Source: Stylophora pistillata
Lineage: Eukaryota
DNA length: 64,000 bases
Assembly: GCF_002571385.2 (NCBI RefSeq)
Contig: NW_019218136.1
Location: 102,854-166,853 of the forward strand
Reading direction: 5' to 3'
Positions within the stretch are counted from its first letter, which is position 1. The number at the start of each line of letters is the position of its first letter. Positions 52,332 to 64,000 of this stretch are shown here, in pieces. Below the pieces are notes generated by a model. The model searched no databases. It was not told the origin of the DNA and saw only the letters and a list, made by a program, of their open reading frames with translations. The position numbers were made by a program, and so were the translations under genes.

Positions 52332-52705
52332 TTAACGATCAGAAAGCTCTATTTCCTCATATATTTCTTCATTTGGTCCCTTTTTGTTCTCTGTTTTGGG
52401 ATCAACGTTGTAATACCCAGCGTTCGCGTGGCCCCCTCGTAAGGACTGATATTCAGGGGGTACTCGTGTTTGTCCATCCGAAGGCCTGGGGCGTAGTTCC
52501 ATGTATGAACCTGGCTCTGACACATGCTTCTCAAGTGGTACGACAGACTGGACAGTATCTAAAACAATGGCTTTCTCAGCTGTCGCTCTTCTGCTGTTTG
52601 CCTGAGCTCTTCTAAGCCACCATATCAATACACCAATCAAAACTAGCAACATGAAAACGACGCATGACCATGCAATGTCACCAGCCCGAAAGATGCTTCG
52701 TACAT
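52332..52705 (-). CDS. Terminal TM + cytoplasmic tail exon of gene C
   Basis: IAWSCVVFMLLVLIGVLIWWL-RR, then about 95 aa containing SYMEL, EYQSL, GYYNV and EEIYEEI, ending in TAA. Confidence 0.85.
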
Positions 52706-55700
52706 CTGTCCAAAAAGTAGTGAAAAATATTCAGATAAAAAGAGGTGCACTGTTTAGAAACAAATCTATCGAAATTACAGTCTCTTCAAACAGTAAGAAA
52801 AAAAGACAAGAAAGAAAAGAAAACTAGATAAAAAAAGAAACGTTTCTTTTCCTAAATAAATCAAAACGATATCCAAGTTGGGTAAAAGAGGCAATTCTAA
52901 AGCGCTAAGGGGCAAAGAAGTTGGTGTTATTTGATTCATGTTATAATCTGAATTTACTTTAATTTGATGGGCCAATGTCTTGTTTGTTTATTTTGTTTGT
53001 TTGTTTGCTGGCTTTTTGAATATTTATTTCGAAATACGTCCTCTTTATATATATATTTAGAAATATACTTCTTTCTTGTTTAATTTATCATTTTTTTTTT
53101 CTTTTCTTCTATTTTTTTCAAACCTAGGTGCTTTGATTTTCGCCCTGTTTCCTCTGGCAATACACCAAAATGTCTGAAAAAAAAACTATCATATCGAAGT
53201 ATACGTTTGGTGCCAAAACCTACTTGAAGCAGTATGTGTATTCATAAATACTGCGTGTAGAAAACAGATAGAACTGTCAAGGATCAAATGGTTTTTGGAC
53301 GTTGAGAGCGTTAAACATTGCTGGACAAGACTTACTGTTTCCTTCCTCTTGGCTTTCTGACAAAGTTATTTTGTAAGTTGTAGATCCAAACGAGTTTGTG
53401 GCATGACACACATAATCTCCAAAATCTTGATCATCAAGAGGAGTGACAATAACAGTGTTTTTTATGACTTTAATGTTACGGCCATCTAGAGCCTGGCCAT
53501 TTCTTGTCCAAGAGTAGTTAAATGGAATGTCACTAGTTGCATGGCATAGCAAAGAACAAGGAGTGTCCTTTGCGCATGTAACTGATGGTGGGGAAACATC
53601 TTCCCTGATGCTGGGCGGCACTGAGTTTTAAGAGGAAAAAAGATAAGATTCAGCATCTTTAATACATGCAAAGGTGAAGTTCCCAAGTCGATGTTTGTAT
53701 ATCTAATACTAGCGGTATGTACCGATGCATGATGTAAAACATGACAGTAATACGTAACCAATACCACTTTCTGAGAGCTGATTGCTACAATTTTCACCCG
53801 AATGGTTCGAATTTTTCGCTCGTGAAATCTAGTACCACCAGTTTTTAGCTTCTGCTCGCATAAAGAAATGTTTTCATTTTGTGGCCAGTCACACCACAGT
53901 GGATGATACTAACCAGCAATGACCACTGCTGTAGCTGTACGGCGTTGCCCAAAAGCGTTTGACGCTCTGCATTCGTAAATGCCTCCATCAGTAGGGGCGA
54001 CCTCTTGAATAACAAGAATGTGCTTATCGTTCCTGAACTGAGCCCAAGGTATATTGGTATTTCCATCTTTACTCCAAGAAACAGAAGGCTTAGGATCTCC
54101 AGTAGCTTCACATGTCAATACTACCACATCGCCAACTCGAAAAATAGTTCTTTCAGGTAGGCCTTTGACGTTGGGCTTATCTGGTAGAAGTTCACCAAGT
54201 TAGCACTTTTTACAAAGCAGTAGCATAGAAAGCCACAACAAGGGAAGTTTTTCTGAGACAAAAAGGAAGACACGGGATCTACCTTTGATAGAGCTTGCCT
54301 GATAAGAGTGTCAATGAGTTAGCATGAGTGAAATTTTCAGTTAACCAGTATCATAGCTAGGCGAAAAAACAGGGAGTTTCTCGGGGGGAGAAAGAGCAGC
54401 ATTCTAACTGATTGGAAATCTAAAGTTTTAGTCGCAAAAGAATTTCATGAAAATTACCTTTGGTTTCAATCGTTACAAAGTTACTAGAAATGTACACCGT
54501 CTGCAATCAAAAAAGCAAAAAGGAAAGTAACCATCCATAAAATTGTAAGATTTTTCTTCTTTCTTTTTTCTGTACACAAAGTAAGTTCCTTGTTTTCAGC
54601 ACAAATGCAGTCAAAGCCAAAGTAGGTAAGATTAAACGAAAAGTAGATTTGGCCGACCGATTGAATGACTGAATGCCCGAACAAAGGAACGATCAGAAGA
54701 GCGAATGTCCAACTTAAAGTCATAGGTTTTCTTCATGATTAGAACCGGAGCATAAAGGGTTAGCATTTGCATTCCCTAGCCATAAACTAAGCTACATCTT
54801 TTGCAACGTCTAATTGAGCCCGAAAATTTTGAAGGCACCTAAGCGATGGTCCAGCGTCATGCTAGTGAAACAGACCACTGAATTTTATGATACTAGTTTG
54901 CATTCTGAGAAGCAGACGTGTGTCACTATACCTTATCGATGAAAGCTCTGAGGAACACTTTGTATTTCGTATTTGGCTGGAGTGGTTTATTATGAAAGTC
55001 GTCCTCATTAATGCTTCTCCTTTTTCTTGTTTCACTGTTTGAATTTGCTCCATCTCCAACAACAAATTCTCGGAATGCATCAAAGTCGTGTGCTCTAAAC
55101 TGAAAAGTGACATACGCTGCAGGAGCAGATGATTTGTGGGCTTCCTCATATGTCATCAAATCCTTTGGCGTAAAACTATCAGGCGAGTTTACCATACCAG
55201 TATAGTCCAAGCTGTATCTGATAACGATGACTTGAAAGAAACTGTGAAATGAGATGTTCGTTTATTTAGCAAAAAGCAGCCTAAAAGATTGGCAAAGCCT
55301 TCACTTAAAAATAAGGTTTCACTATAAGGCTCATACTTTGCATTTCCTGGAAAGCGTGGTAATGTTATCTTTGCTGTTATGCCTTCTCCACTTGAGGTCT
55401 GAGAGAAGGTTGGTGAAGAGGGTGTTTCTTTTGACCACATTTTGGATAATTTCAAACCTGTGCAAGAAAAAGTAAGGACCGAACTCACACCCACATAAAA
55501 TATGAAAACTCAAGGGCTAACTAATCTGGCTCTTTATCTCGTTAGAAAGCAAGCAACGAAAATGATAGACACTTTGCCGTGATTGGCATGGTTTAGGCTA
55601 GGCACGCGTTACTAGACACGAAAAAAGTATAACGTAATGATACCGATTAAAACTGTATAAAACCGATGATATTTTACCATCAGTTTCACCTTCCCAACTT

Positions 55701-58700
55701 ACTTTTTGTTTGAACAACTACAGCTTTGCTATAGGGTCCAGGCCCTGCCACAGTGTAACCTCTAACGGACACTTCATACTTTGCACACATCCAAAAGACA
55801 GTCAGTAACACCCTTGATTTGGTTGTATTCATTGTATGAAACGTAGAGTCAACCTTTAAACAGCTCTCCTTCAACTCAAAACGGACTTCGTAAAGTTCAA
55901 TTAAGCCGTTTGCCACTTCTTTAGGTAGTGTAACCCAAGTGATTTTTTTTGTCGTATCGTTTACTTGACTAGAAGAAACATTCTCTGGTCCACGACTTGG
56001 TCCTATTTGAAGAAAATATATGATAATAATTGGACATTTAGTTATCGCTGAGTATAAAACGCTTCATCATACAATGCTAACTAAAGATTGAATTCCCTCT
56101 CCCAAATGAACAGGTTATCTTTTAAGGAAAAATGATATTGACTGGTTCACTGTAAAGGAAACTAACAATATATAATAGCATAAACTAGGACATGACCGTT
56201 TCTAATTTGAAATAATCAACAAAGTAGACTAAACATACATGAATGTATCTTTGTAGATAATGGGTGGAGTTAACAATTGGTTCATACGTCAGCCTGCGTT
56301 CATCGAGATATGAAGCACGCGGGAAGTTTAGAGAGCAAGAAAGATGCGTAAGAGTTGCTCGAGGCGTAGCCGAGAGCAACTTAAGCTTCTTGAGTGCTCT
56401 CCAAACTTCCCAAGTGCTTCATGTCTTGATGAACGCACAGCTGACGTATGAACCAATTGTTTTATAACATCTTCAACGCTGTAGTTTATGTAAAAAGGGC
56501 AGAAATTCCCTCTTCTACGCTTCAATGCGTTGTTTATTCATTTTGTTTCGCAAAAGTATTTTGCTGTGCCTCAATGATCTTGTCTCAGATTGGTCAAAAA
56601 CTGACAGGTGAATTCACGCGTAGAAATGAAGTTAGAGTTGCCAAACGAGATGAAACCGGCGCTGATTGTTTTGTTTTCCCTTTCTCTGGATTCTTTCTCG
56701 GGAGTTAAAAAATCCATTCCCAAAGAAAAAGTAGGCTGATCTTCATCGGCTTGTTTGCTTGTTGCCATGTCTAGTTTAACCTTTTTGCGGAAGCTTTTCC
56801 TGTATTTTTAAAAAAAAATGCTAAAGTCACTCACAAGAAAAAAATTTTTTCGCGGGGCATTTGTTTGCCGACGTCACAAGCGTGCACAATGGAAAATTGA
56901 AGCACGCTCGCGTTGTTGAATTTGATTGCACGAATTTACAAGCTATGTTATAAACACCCTTGATTTTGGCACGATGAAAAATACTTGCATTATTTCCGCC
57001 CCTGCGTATTCTTTGTTTTCAACATGACAGTTTTGTTTAACGGCGAAAGTCTACAGTCCAAAACAAAACAAAATAGAGATGAAATTGCGCTGCGTCCCGT
57101 ATACCCATCATTTCTTTTAAAGGACTTTACTTTTTTCCTGTGTTATAATTTTCAAAATATTGTTTGTAGTGACATAAAAGACCAGTGAATATTTCACATT
57201 ATCACATTTGGAACTCAGTCATATCCTTTTTTGAATCCAGTATGTGTAAAACTGCTAAATGGCCAATTAATTTTTCCTACTTTCTCTTGTTATTTCTCTC
57301 TGGCTAAAGGAAACAAGTTACTTACTTGTAGTCACGCAAAAAATCAATCTCAGAGTTAGACTTGATCACTGTGCTTACAGTATATAATTATACTGTACGG
57401 ACACTGCTCTATTTTATCTGTATGGTAAGAGTAGCTTATGCGTTAAACGCTACTGCATCAGGTACTATTTGAGAGACATTCTTTTCTCATGATGATCTGC
57501 ACCCTCCTCATTCGACACAAACCACTCCGCAAAAGCAATGAACACTATGACACGCCTTTCTCTCCTATTCTAGCTCATATTTAACTTGTATGGGAAATGT
57601 TCTTATATTGACCTCAATAACCGTGGTCATCTCTGTCTCTGCTTTGTGCGAGGCAGTAACGAAAAAAAACCATAGAAATAACAGCAAATACGTTTGACTT
57701 AAACTTACTGTCTTCCAGTGTCTCCGCAACCTGGGCAACACTTGCTGGTCCATTTCCAAAAACAGTAAACGCTAACACTGTAATGCTGTAGTTTGTAAAC
57801 TCATTCAGATCATCTAGAATAAGTATTTGCGTTTCATTTTGTTGCTCGTAAGTGGTATTGAGGAACTTGGCGACCATGTCACCATTTGGTAAGGCCTGAT
57901 AAGTCAATCTATACCCTTTAATGATTCCATTTCGATCATCAGCAATGACAGGATCCCATGAAACGGATATACTTTTTGAGGATGCAACACTAATTGTAAC
58001 AGCTTGTGGTGCACCGCTAGGTTCTGAAGGCAAAATCGTGAAGTCAAAAGAACAATTTAGATTAAACATAAAAGTACTTTTTTAAGTCACGACTTCCATT
58101 CCTATAATCTATTGCAATTTCACAAATTTGAAAATGACGTTTAAAGGAACATGTTTATAAGTTTCTAAGGAGCTGTAAACAAGCACATGCCAAAAGAACA
58201 CGTGCGCATTAAAAAAAAATGCCCCCTATTGCGTTACTGGCAACCACATACATATTAATTACAAATTTTGTTGAACTTTGTATGCGATCCACGCCTACAC
58301 CTCCATATACACGGAAAATTGAGGGTTGTTGCTGTTTACAACATAGGATATCGGTAAAGCAATTAGAAAATCTAGACCGAAAGGACAGTTTTTCCAGAAT
58401 TTCTAAAATGAACAGCATAAACGCGACTGTTTAGCCAACTAATTAAGATAAGGACGCGGGACTCGTACACCTTTTTTGGACCAAAACACAACGGACCTTT
58501 TCAAGGACTATCGAGACTCATATAATGATTCAAATAATTCGTTTTCTCATGAACACTCCACGGCACTTACACTGGACATTTACGACAGCAGCATTAGAAG
58601 TATCATTTCCAAGGCTATTATTCGCCACACAACGGTATGCTCCACTGTCTACTTGCTTGGCACTGGTAATGGTCAAATCATTTTTGTCTCCTGTAAAGCT

Positions 58701-61700
58701 GATCCTTGAGTTGTTACTTAGGTCAGACCCATCTTTTGTCCATGATAGAGTGGGGAGCGGATTTCCAGTAGCATTGCAGTGTAACGTAACATTTTCTCCT
58801 TCTCTTTTTGTCGCATTACTAGGATGAGTGGTGATCTCACTTTGATCTACAATTGCAAAACAAACACCCTCTTTGCGTTACTGGCAACCACATAGCAATA
58901 AACATTAGCATATCAACTACAAATCGCATTGTGATAAACGCCTACACCTCCTTATATTTGGAACATTGAGGTTTGCTACTGTTTCCAACATAGGATATCG
59001 GTAGAGCACATAGAAAATCTAGGTCAAAAGGACAGTTTTCCAGAATTTCCAGCTGACTCTCTACTGAAGAAGTTAGAACGATTCATGAAATATTTCACTG
59101 GGCCTGCCAGAAAACTGCCTTGGCGAGTTGAGTTCCCTCAATGAATATTACTATTATTACTATCATTATTAGGAATACTTACATTCTACATCTAATGTAG
59201 CATCACGTGAGGTGGCATTACCAATGCTATTGACAGCCACACACCGGTATGTTCCACTGTCTGTCCTGTTCACATTTATTATCTTCAACTCTTTGCTTTC
59301 TGCTGAATAACTGATCCTGGAATTATTGCCGATAGGATTTCCATTTTTTTTCCATGATATTGTTGGCAATGGATTTCCAGTCGCGTTACAATATAATGCC
59401 GTGTTTTTTCCTTCTTTCACCGAGACATCAGAGGGATCGGTGATAATTTCCGGTTGATCTGAAACGAATAAACCGACGGATAAGAATTTTCCTCTAGGGC
59501 TTTATTCGCTCAGTATCTTTATACAAATGGTTCTTGGTTAGTTATTCTGAAAAGAATCTACCTATCATATACGTTCCACTATGATGCGGACCCTTGTGCG
59601 CTGATTATGAACACATAAATAATTTTTTTTTGTAATAAGGTTTTGATAAAACGCCGTCATTGCTTGTATTAGTCTAACTTCTTTTCATTAGTGGAATTGA
59701 AAGTGGAATTTCGGAATAAGCAAGCCGGAAAGTAGCAACGGAAGAACCAAACAAAGGTTTGTAAACAAGCCAAGCGCCGTAATTTGCATTATTACAACGT
59801 GCTGTGCAGAAACCAAAATCCTGAAAGAAAAAGAGGAACGGAAAGTCCGACTTTCGAATGTTTTCTCGCTCAGTTAGATTGTAAGCTTAAGTACGGTAAC
59901 AAAAATCAAACACAGCTGATACTCGTAAAGTAGTGTATAGTTACGTGTTTAAAAACTAAACAGAACAAAACAGGAATGATAAAACTTGAAATTATATCCA
60001 CACTGGCATAACTGTCAAAAATTTATACAAATTGTTACGATTTCAGGTCGACTGCTTTCAGATCGCCATGACCATGGCGATCTGAAATTTCATCTAATGT
60101 CCTTCAGGTGAACTGAAATAAAAATTTGCTCGGATATTAAGATATCAAGAAATGGGGAGAAACACTCGACTACGTCCCGTGTTTCTTCTTACACTTCTTT
60201 CGTGCTCTAGCCGCCTCTTGCGTGTTTTACTACAGCACAGAGCACAGTCAAGGCTTCTACATTTGTAAAGTATAGTGCTCACTTACATTCAACATTTAAT
60301 ATGGTGATATTCGAGGTAGCGTCTCCAACTTCATTATGGGCGACACAAAGGTATTTTCCGCTATCTGTTCTGTTCACATTCGCTATCATCAGCGACTTGT
60401 TGCCTGCTGAAAAACTAATCCTGTTGCTGCTATTTACGAGGTGTTCATCTTTAAACCATGACAGCTCAGGCTCTGGATTTCCAGTGGCATTACAAATTAA
60501 TGACACATTTTCCCCTTCTGGTTTCGTAATATCCTGCAGGAGAGCAGCTATCTCAGGTCGATCTGTAATATTGAAAACAAACCTTGTACCTCATTCAAAC
60601 CAAGCCTCAAAAATTTCTTAAAGATGTTTTGTTCAGCGTGGTTTAAGACTGTTTGCTATTTAAACCGATGTATGCCGACTTAAACAAGGTATGTTGAAAA
60701 TAAACGTTTGCAACGAATTGAAAACCTATCAAAAGTTTAGATTTTTTGTTCTCTGTTCCTGACTTTCGCTTAGGTAGATTTGGTTTAATAAGGTATGTTT
60801 AGCACGACAACTAAAAGTCAAGTTTCCTCCTTCCCTTTTTTGCTTCCTTTTAGGACGAGTAGTAATATCAGGTTTATCTGCAATTTTTAACTGCAATTTT
60901 TAAAACTATCTGGTTAGCATAGGGTAAATAAATAATAAGCAAAAAGTCATATGCATAAAAATGCATAAATGACAGTACAGCCCTGTTATTTTAAAATAAA
61001 ATTATAGGGTGAAAGGTGTGCTGCTGCGTGTATGACCGGATGCTAATCAGGGACCATGATTCTCAGACGAGAATTGTGACAAAAGTTGACCATGGCGAAA
61101 ACAAAGTGAGAAGTGTGTAGAGAGCTGTATTCAGTGGAGGTCTGGTTTCAAAATACTATTCATACCCAGGTCGAAGGAAGTAGAGTGTTATTAAGATTAG
61201 AGTGTAGAGATAAGAACTCACATTGGATATCAACAGTAGAAACGTTTGAAGTATCATTTCCAAGGCTGTTGTTCGCCACACATCGGTAACTCCCCTTGTC
61301 TTTTCTGTTTACATTTCGTATATTCAAGCGCTTATTATCTTCTGAAAAATTGATCCTGGAATTATTGTCTATAACGGAACCATCTTTGGTCCATAATATT
61401 TTCGCTGCTGGGTTTCCAGTGGCATTACAAAATAAAGTTAAATTATTTCCCTCTTCTTCTGTGACGAAAGCTTGAGGATGAGAAATGATCTCAGCTTGAT
61501 CTGCAATTTCAAAAATACTTTAGTTGGCATAGGACGTGCACAAAAGTATAAATATAACATGCCAAAAAAAAAAATAACGTTATGTGACCACTTGCGGTTT
61601 GCTTCTTTTTCAGCATATCTTCGCTCCACACTTAGACTGATCCGCTTTCCTCATTCTTTCGGTGAGATAATATAAGTGCTACTACAAAAGGAAGCTCTTA

Positions 61701-64000
61701 ATGAAGAAAGGCTGCATAACTTAAAAAAAAAACTTCCTTGAACATCATTAAATCTAGGATGCATTTACATGCTGCGATATCATTTATATCGAAATATCAA
61801 TGTTTCAAAACATTAACGTAAAGACAGAAAACAGTCACTTCCCATCGAGGCAAATTCTCCATGCAAAACATAAATAAGACCAGCAGTAAGTATATCGGTA
61901 AATAGTTTATAAACAGTCGGAATATTTTAAGGTAATAATTAGTATTTATTCAAATAAGCTTAAAGTTTAAGCAATTTTCGGAGAATATCTCGGTAAAAAT
62001 AGACGAGCTTATACCTAGAAAGCAATTAATTCGATTAACTCTTGCTGCATTAACGCGGATTAGCAGATTTAAGAGAAGAAATAACACTAGAAAACGAAAC
62101 ATTCGAGTTAAATTACAATATCGAAATATTTTGCTTAAGAAAATCAACTGAAACACTGAATTTCAACAAATTCAACTTGAAAAGATCCTTCTCTCGTACT
62201 CAAGAGAATTCAACTCGATTACATTGTAAATTTCGGGAGAATTAAACGGATAAAATTGATACGCAGAGGCCAAAGCTTCTTAATTCAAATTAAACGAGGT
62301 TGATTTCCGCTTCCACATCTGTTAAAAAAAATCTGTCTTCGAATGATGAAAAATGATTTTTACCTCCTGGGATAGATAAATAAAACAGTACCAGTGACAA
62401 GACGAAGAACCGATGAAAAAGACGTTTTCTGAAGGTACAAATTCTTACAAGACGTTCGTCCATGCTTAGGAAGCATAGTTTGATCAAAAGGAAGATGAAA
62501 GAATCGACCGCAACTTAGATAATTATTGCTAGAGTTCGAAAGGCAGTCACAACAAGGTTTCTATATAACACACGTTCTGATTGGTTAAAACCGCATGCTT
62601 TATCAGAGTACGGATACACAGAGTAACGGTGTCACGCGTCGACCGATTTGTGCAGTGGCTCCCCATTTCCCAGATGTATTCCCTTAATTTTTTTTCTTTT
62701 TTGTGCTTATTCGTAAGTGCAGAATAATGAATGGATTAATGAGGGAATAGTTTGGGGCCATCAGATCATATTTCAATTGCTATTAAAAGTTATCCACGTC
62801 AAACGAAGTCTACTGCCACTAAAACCACTATAACAATTACTGCCACTGAGTACAAGTACTACTGCTGCTGCCGCTACTTCAACTACTACTACTTCCACTA
62901 CTGCTAGTACAGTAAGCCAAAGTCGATAGGGTTTTTTTACCAAAATATCAACCCCTAATAAAACGATTCTATGAACAGTGGTATCTGTACCCTTATTGAT
63001 AACAGCAATTTAGCCCATCGGTTTAGCCCTCATCAATTTAGCGACATTACTGCCACATGCGGAAAGGAATGATAGTGTTTATACATGCACGACGGTTATT
63101 TGAAGTCACTTACACTGAACATTAACCGTGGAAGCGTAAGAGATATCTCTTCCAACTCTGTTTTACGCTTCACATTTGTATTTGCCACCGTTTATTCTGT
63201 TCACTTTCGTTATTGTCAGCTGTTCCTGGCTTGGTGACAAAGTGATCCTGGAGCCGTTACGTAAAGGATTTCCATTCTTGGTCCATGATATGATCGGGGC
63301 TGGATTTCCAGTGGCATTACAATACAAAGTTACGTCATGACCTTCTTCTGTTGTGATATTGCAAGGATGAGTTGCGATCTCAGGTTTATCTGAAAATAAA
63401 TATGGCATTTGTGCAAGGTTGATTAAAAAAAAAGATTAGTTACATGTACATGTAATAATAACTCTTCTGAGCCTGTTGTGAAGGTGTATTTGAAAGTTCT
63501 CACCCTGTCTTTTGTTTAATTTATTGCTGACAATTAGGGGAAATATACTCACAGTACTAAACCCTACTTATGTGTTAGTGGAAATAAGGCCCGTACGAGA
63601 ATTGAATACGTGACCTCTGCGATACCAGTGCGGCGCTCTACAAACTGAGTTAACGAGCCAACTGAGAACTAGTCATTATGTTGATTCGAATTAAACCCGT
63701 TGAAGTGATAAATCAATGAATTTCTTTTTAATTTTCTTTTTTCAGGCCTTGTTTCCACTACTACATAAATAGATTTTATTACTGCAAGGATCGCTTTCAC
63801 ACATTTCATGCAACCACAGTGCACATATATGATTCTTATATTCAAATTCATTGATAGTAATTGTTGAGCAGTTTTCAAGGACGATATCTATTGAGAGACG
63901 AGACGTCTTCTTCAGCTCCAATGGTAAAAATGTATCTAATGAGTGTTTCAAATTCGTTACTTAAGAGAAAGGCCCAGTTTAAAACTTTATCGTATACCTT
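52332..64000 (-). CDS. Gene C: Ig/FN3 type I membrane receptor with short tyrosine-motif tail and no phosphatase; 5' part lies outside the window; one Ig exon has a stop
   Basis: Exons: end of an exon at 63998-64000; Ig 63114-63389 (TAA 63163-63165), 61222-61500, 60287-60562, 59183-59458, 58571-58846; FN3 57709-58023, 55703-56002; RPTP-type membrane-proximal domain 55337-55457, 54932-55241, 54458-54500; Ig 53914-54180, 53336-53620; terminal TM+tail exon 52332-52705. All phases join in frame. Confidence 0.85.
56272..56953. mobile_element. Non-autonomous hairpin element (190-bp palindrome + segment bounded by short inverted repeats)
   Basis: AACAATTGGTTCATACGTCAGC...GCTGACGTATGAACCAATTGTT (56272-56461); TTATAACAT (56462) ... 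ATGTTATAA (56953). Confidence 0.7.
58420..64000. repeat. Direct segmental duplication of gene B region ~27255-36350 (exons and introns), with only one copy of the two-exon unit
   Basis: Exon pairs 27410/58571, 31728/59183, 32530/60287, 33484/61222, 35428/63114. Introns align (e.g. 33770-35400 with 61505-63100), including the microsatellite and the tRNA-derived element. Confidence 0.93.
63548..63850 (-). mobile_element. Paralogous copy of the tRNA-derived element at the equivalent intron position in gene C
   Basis: Same element and same flanking intron sequence as 35865-36185. Confidence 0.75.

Noticed and set aside
26053-60621. Recurrent + strand ORFs (…[13 protein letters not shown]…)
   Set aside because: Antisense shadows of the minus-strand Ig exons.

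Overview
AT-rich, intron-rich animal genomic DNA. The repeat families and gene content suggest a cnidarian, probably a stony coral (inference). The window holds three paralogous Ig/fibronectin-III (FN3) receptor genes built mostly from phase-1 single-domain exons. Gene A (+, 1204-9845) is an Ig/FN3 ectodomain fragment with no visible TM exon. Gene B (-, 46100-11717) is a receptor protein tyrosine phosphatase: signal peptide, 16 Ig exons, 4 FN3, a membrane-proximal domain, TM, and tandem PTP D1/D2 with the last exon(s) not found. Gene C (-, >64000-52332) carries a recently duplicated copy of part of gene B's Ig array but ends in a TM plus a short tyrosine-motif tail (YMEL, YQSL, YYNV, YEEI) with no phosphatase. 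Gene B's N-terminal V-type domain lacks the canonical Cys-Trp-Cys core, resembling the Hydractinia allorecognition (Alr) domain 1. The best candidate system is therefore a paired-receptor or allorecognition-like cluster. Mobile DNA includes a TTAA-flanked Kolobok-type transposon (THAP gene plus P2X7-ballast-like KolX gene) with a MITE at its start codon, a decayed CR1/L2-type LINE, tRNA-derived elements (one a 163-bp palindrome), Penelope-like remnants, and hairpin elements sharing a CGAG-stem-GNA-stem-CGAG apex. Assembly caveats: N gaps at 1877-2177 and 13016-13219, single Ns at 8157, 9453, 11348 and 22333, and two probable overlap duplications. Exon coordinates were read by eye from AG/GT sites and are not transcript-verified.
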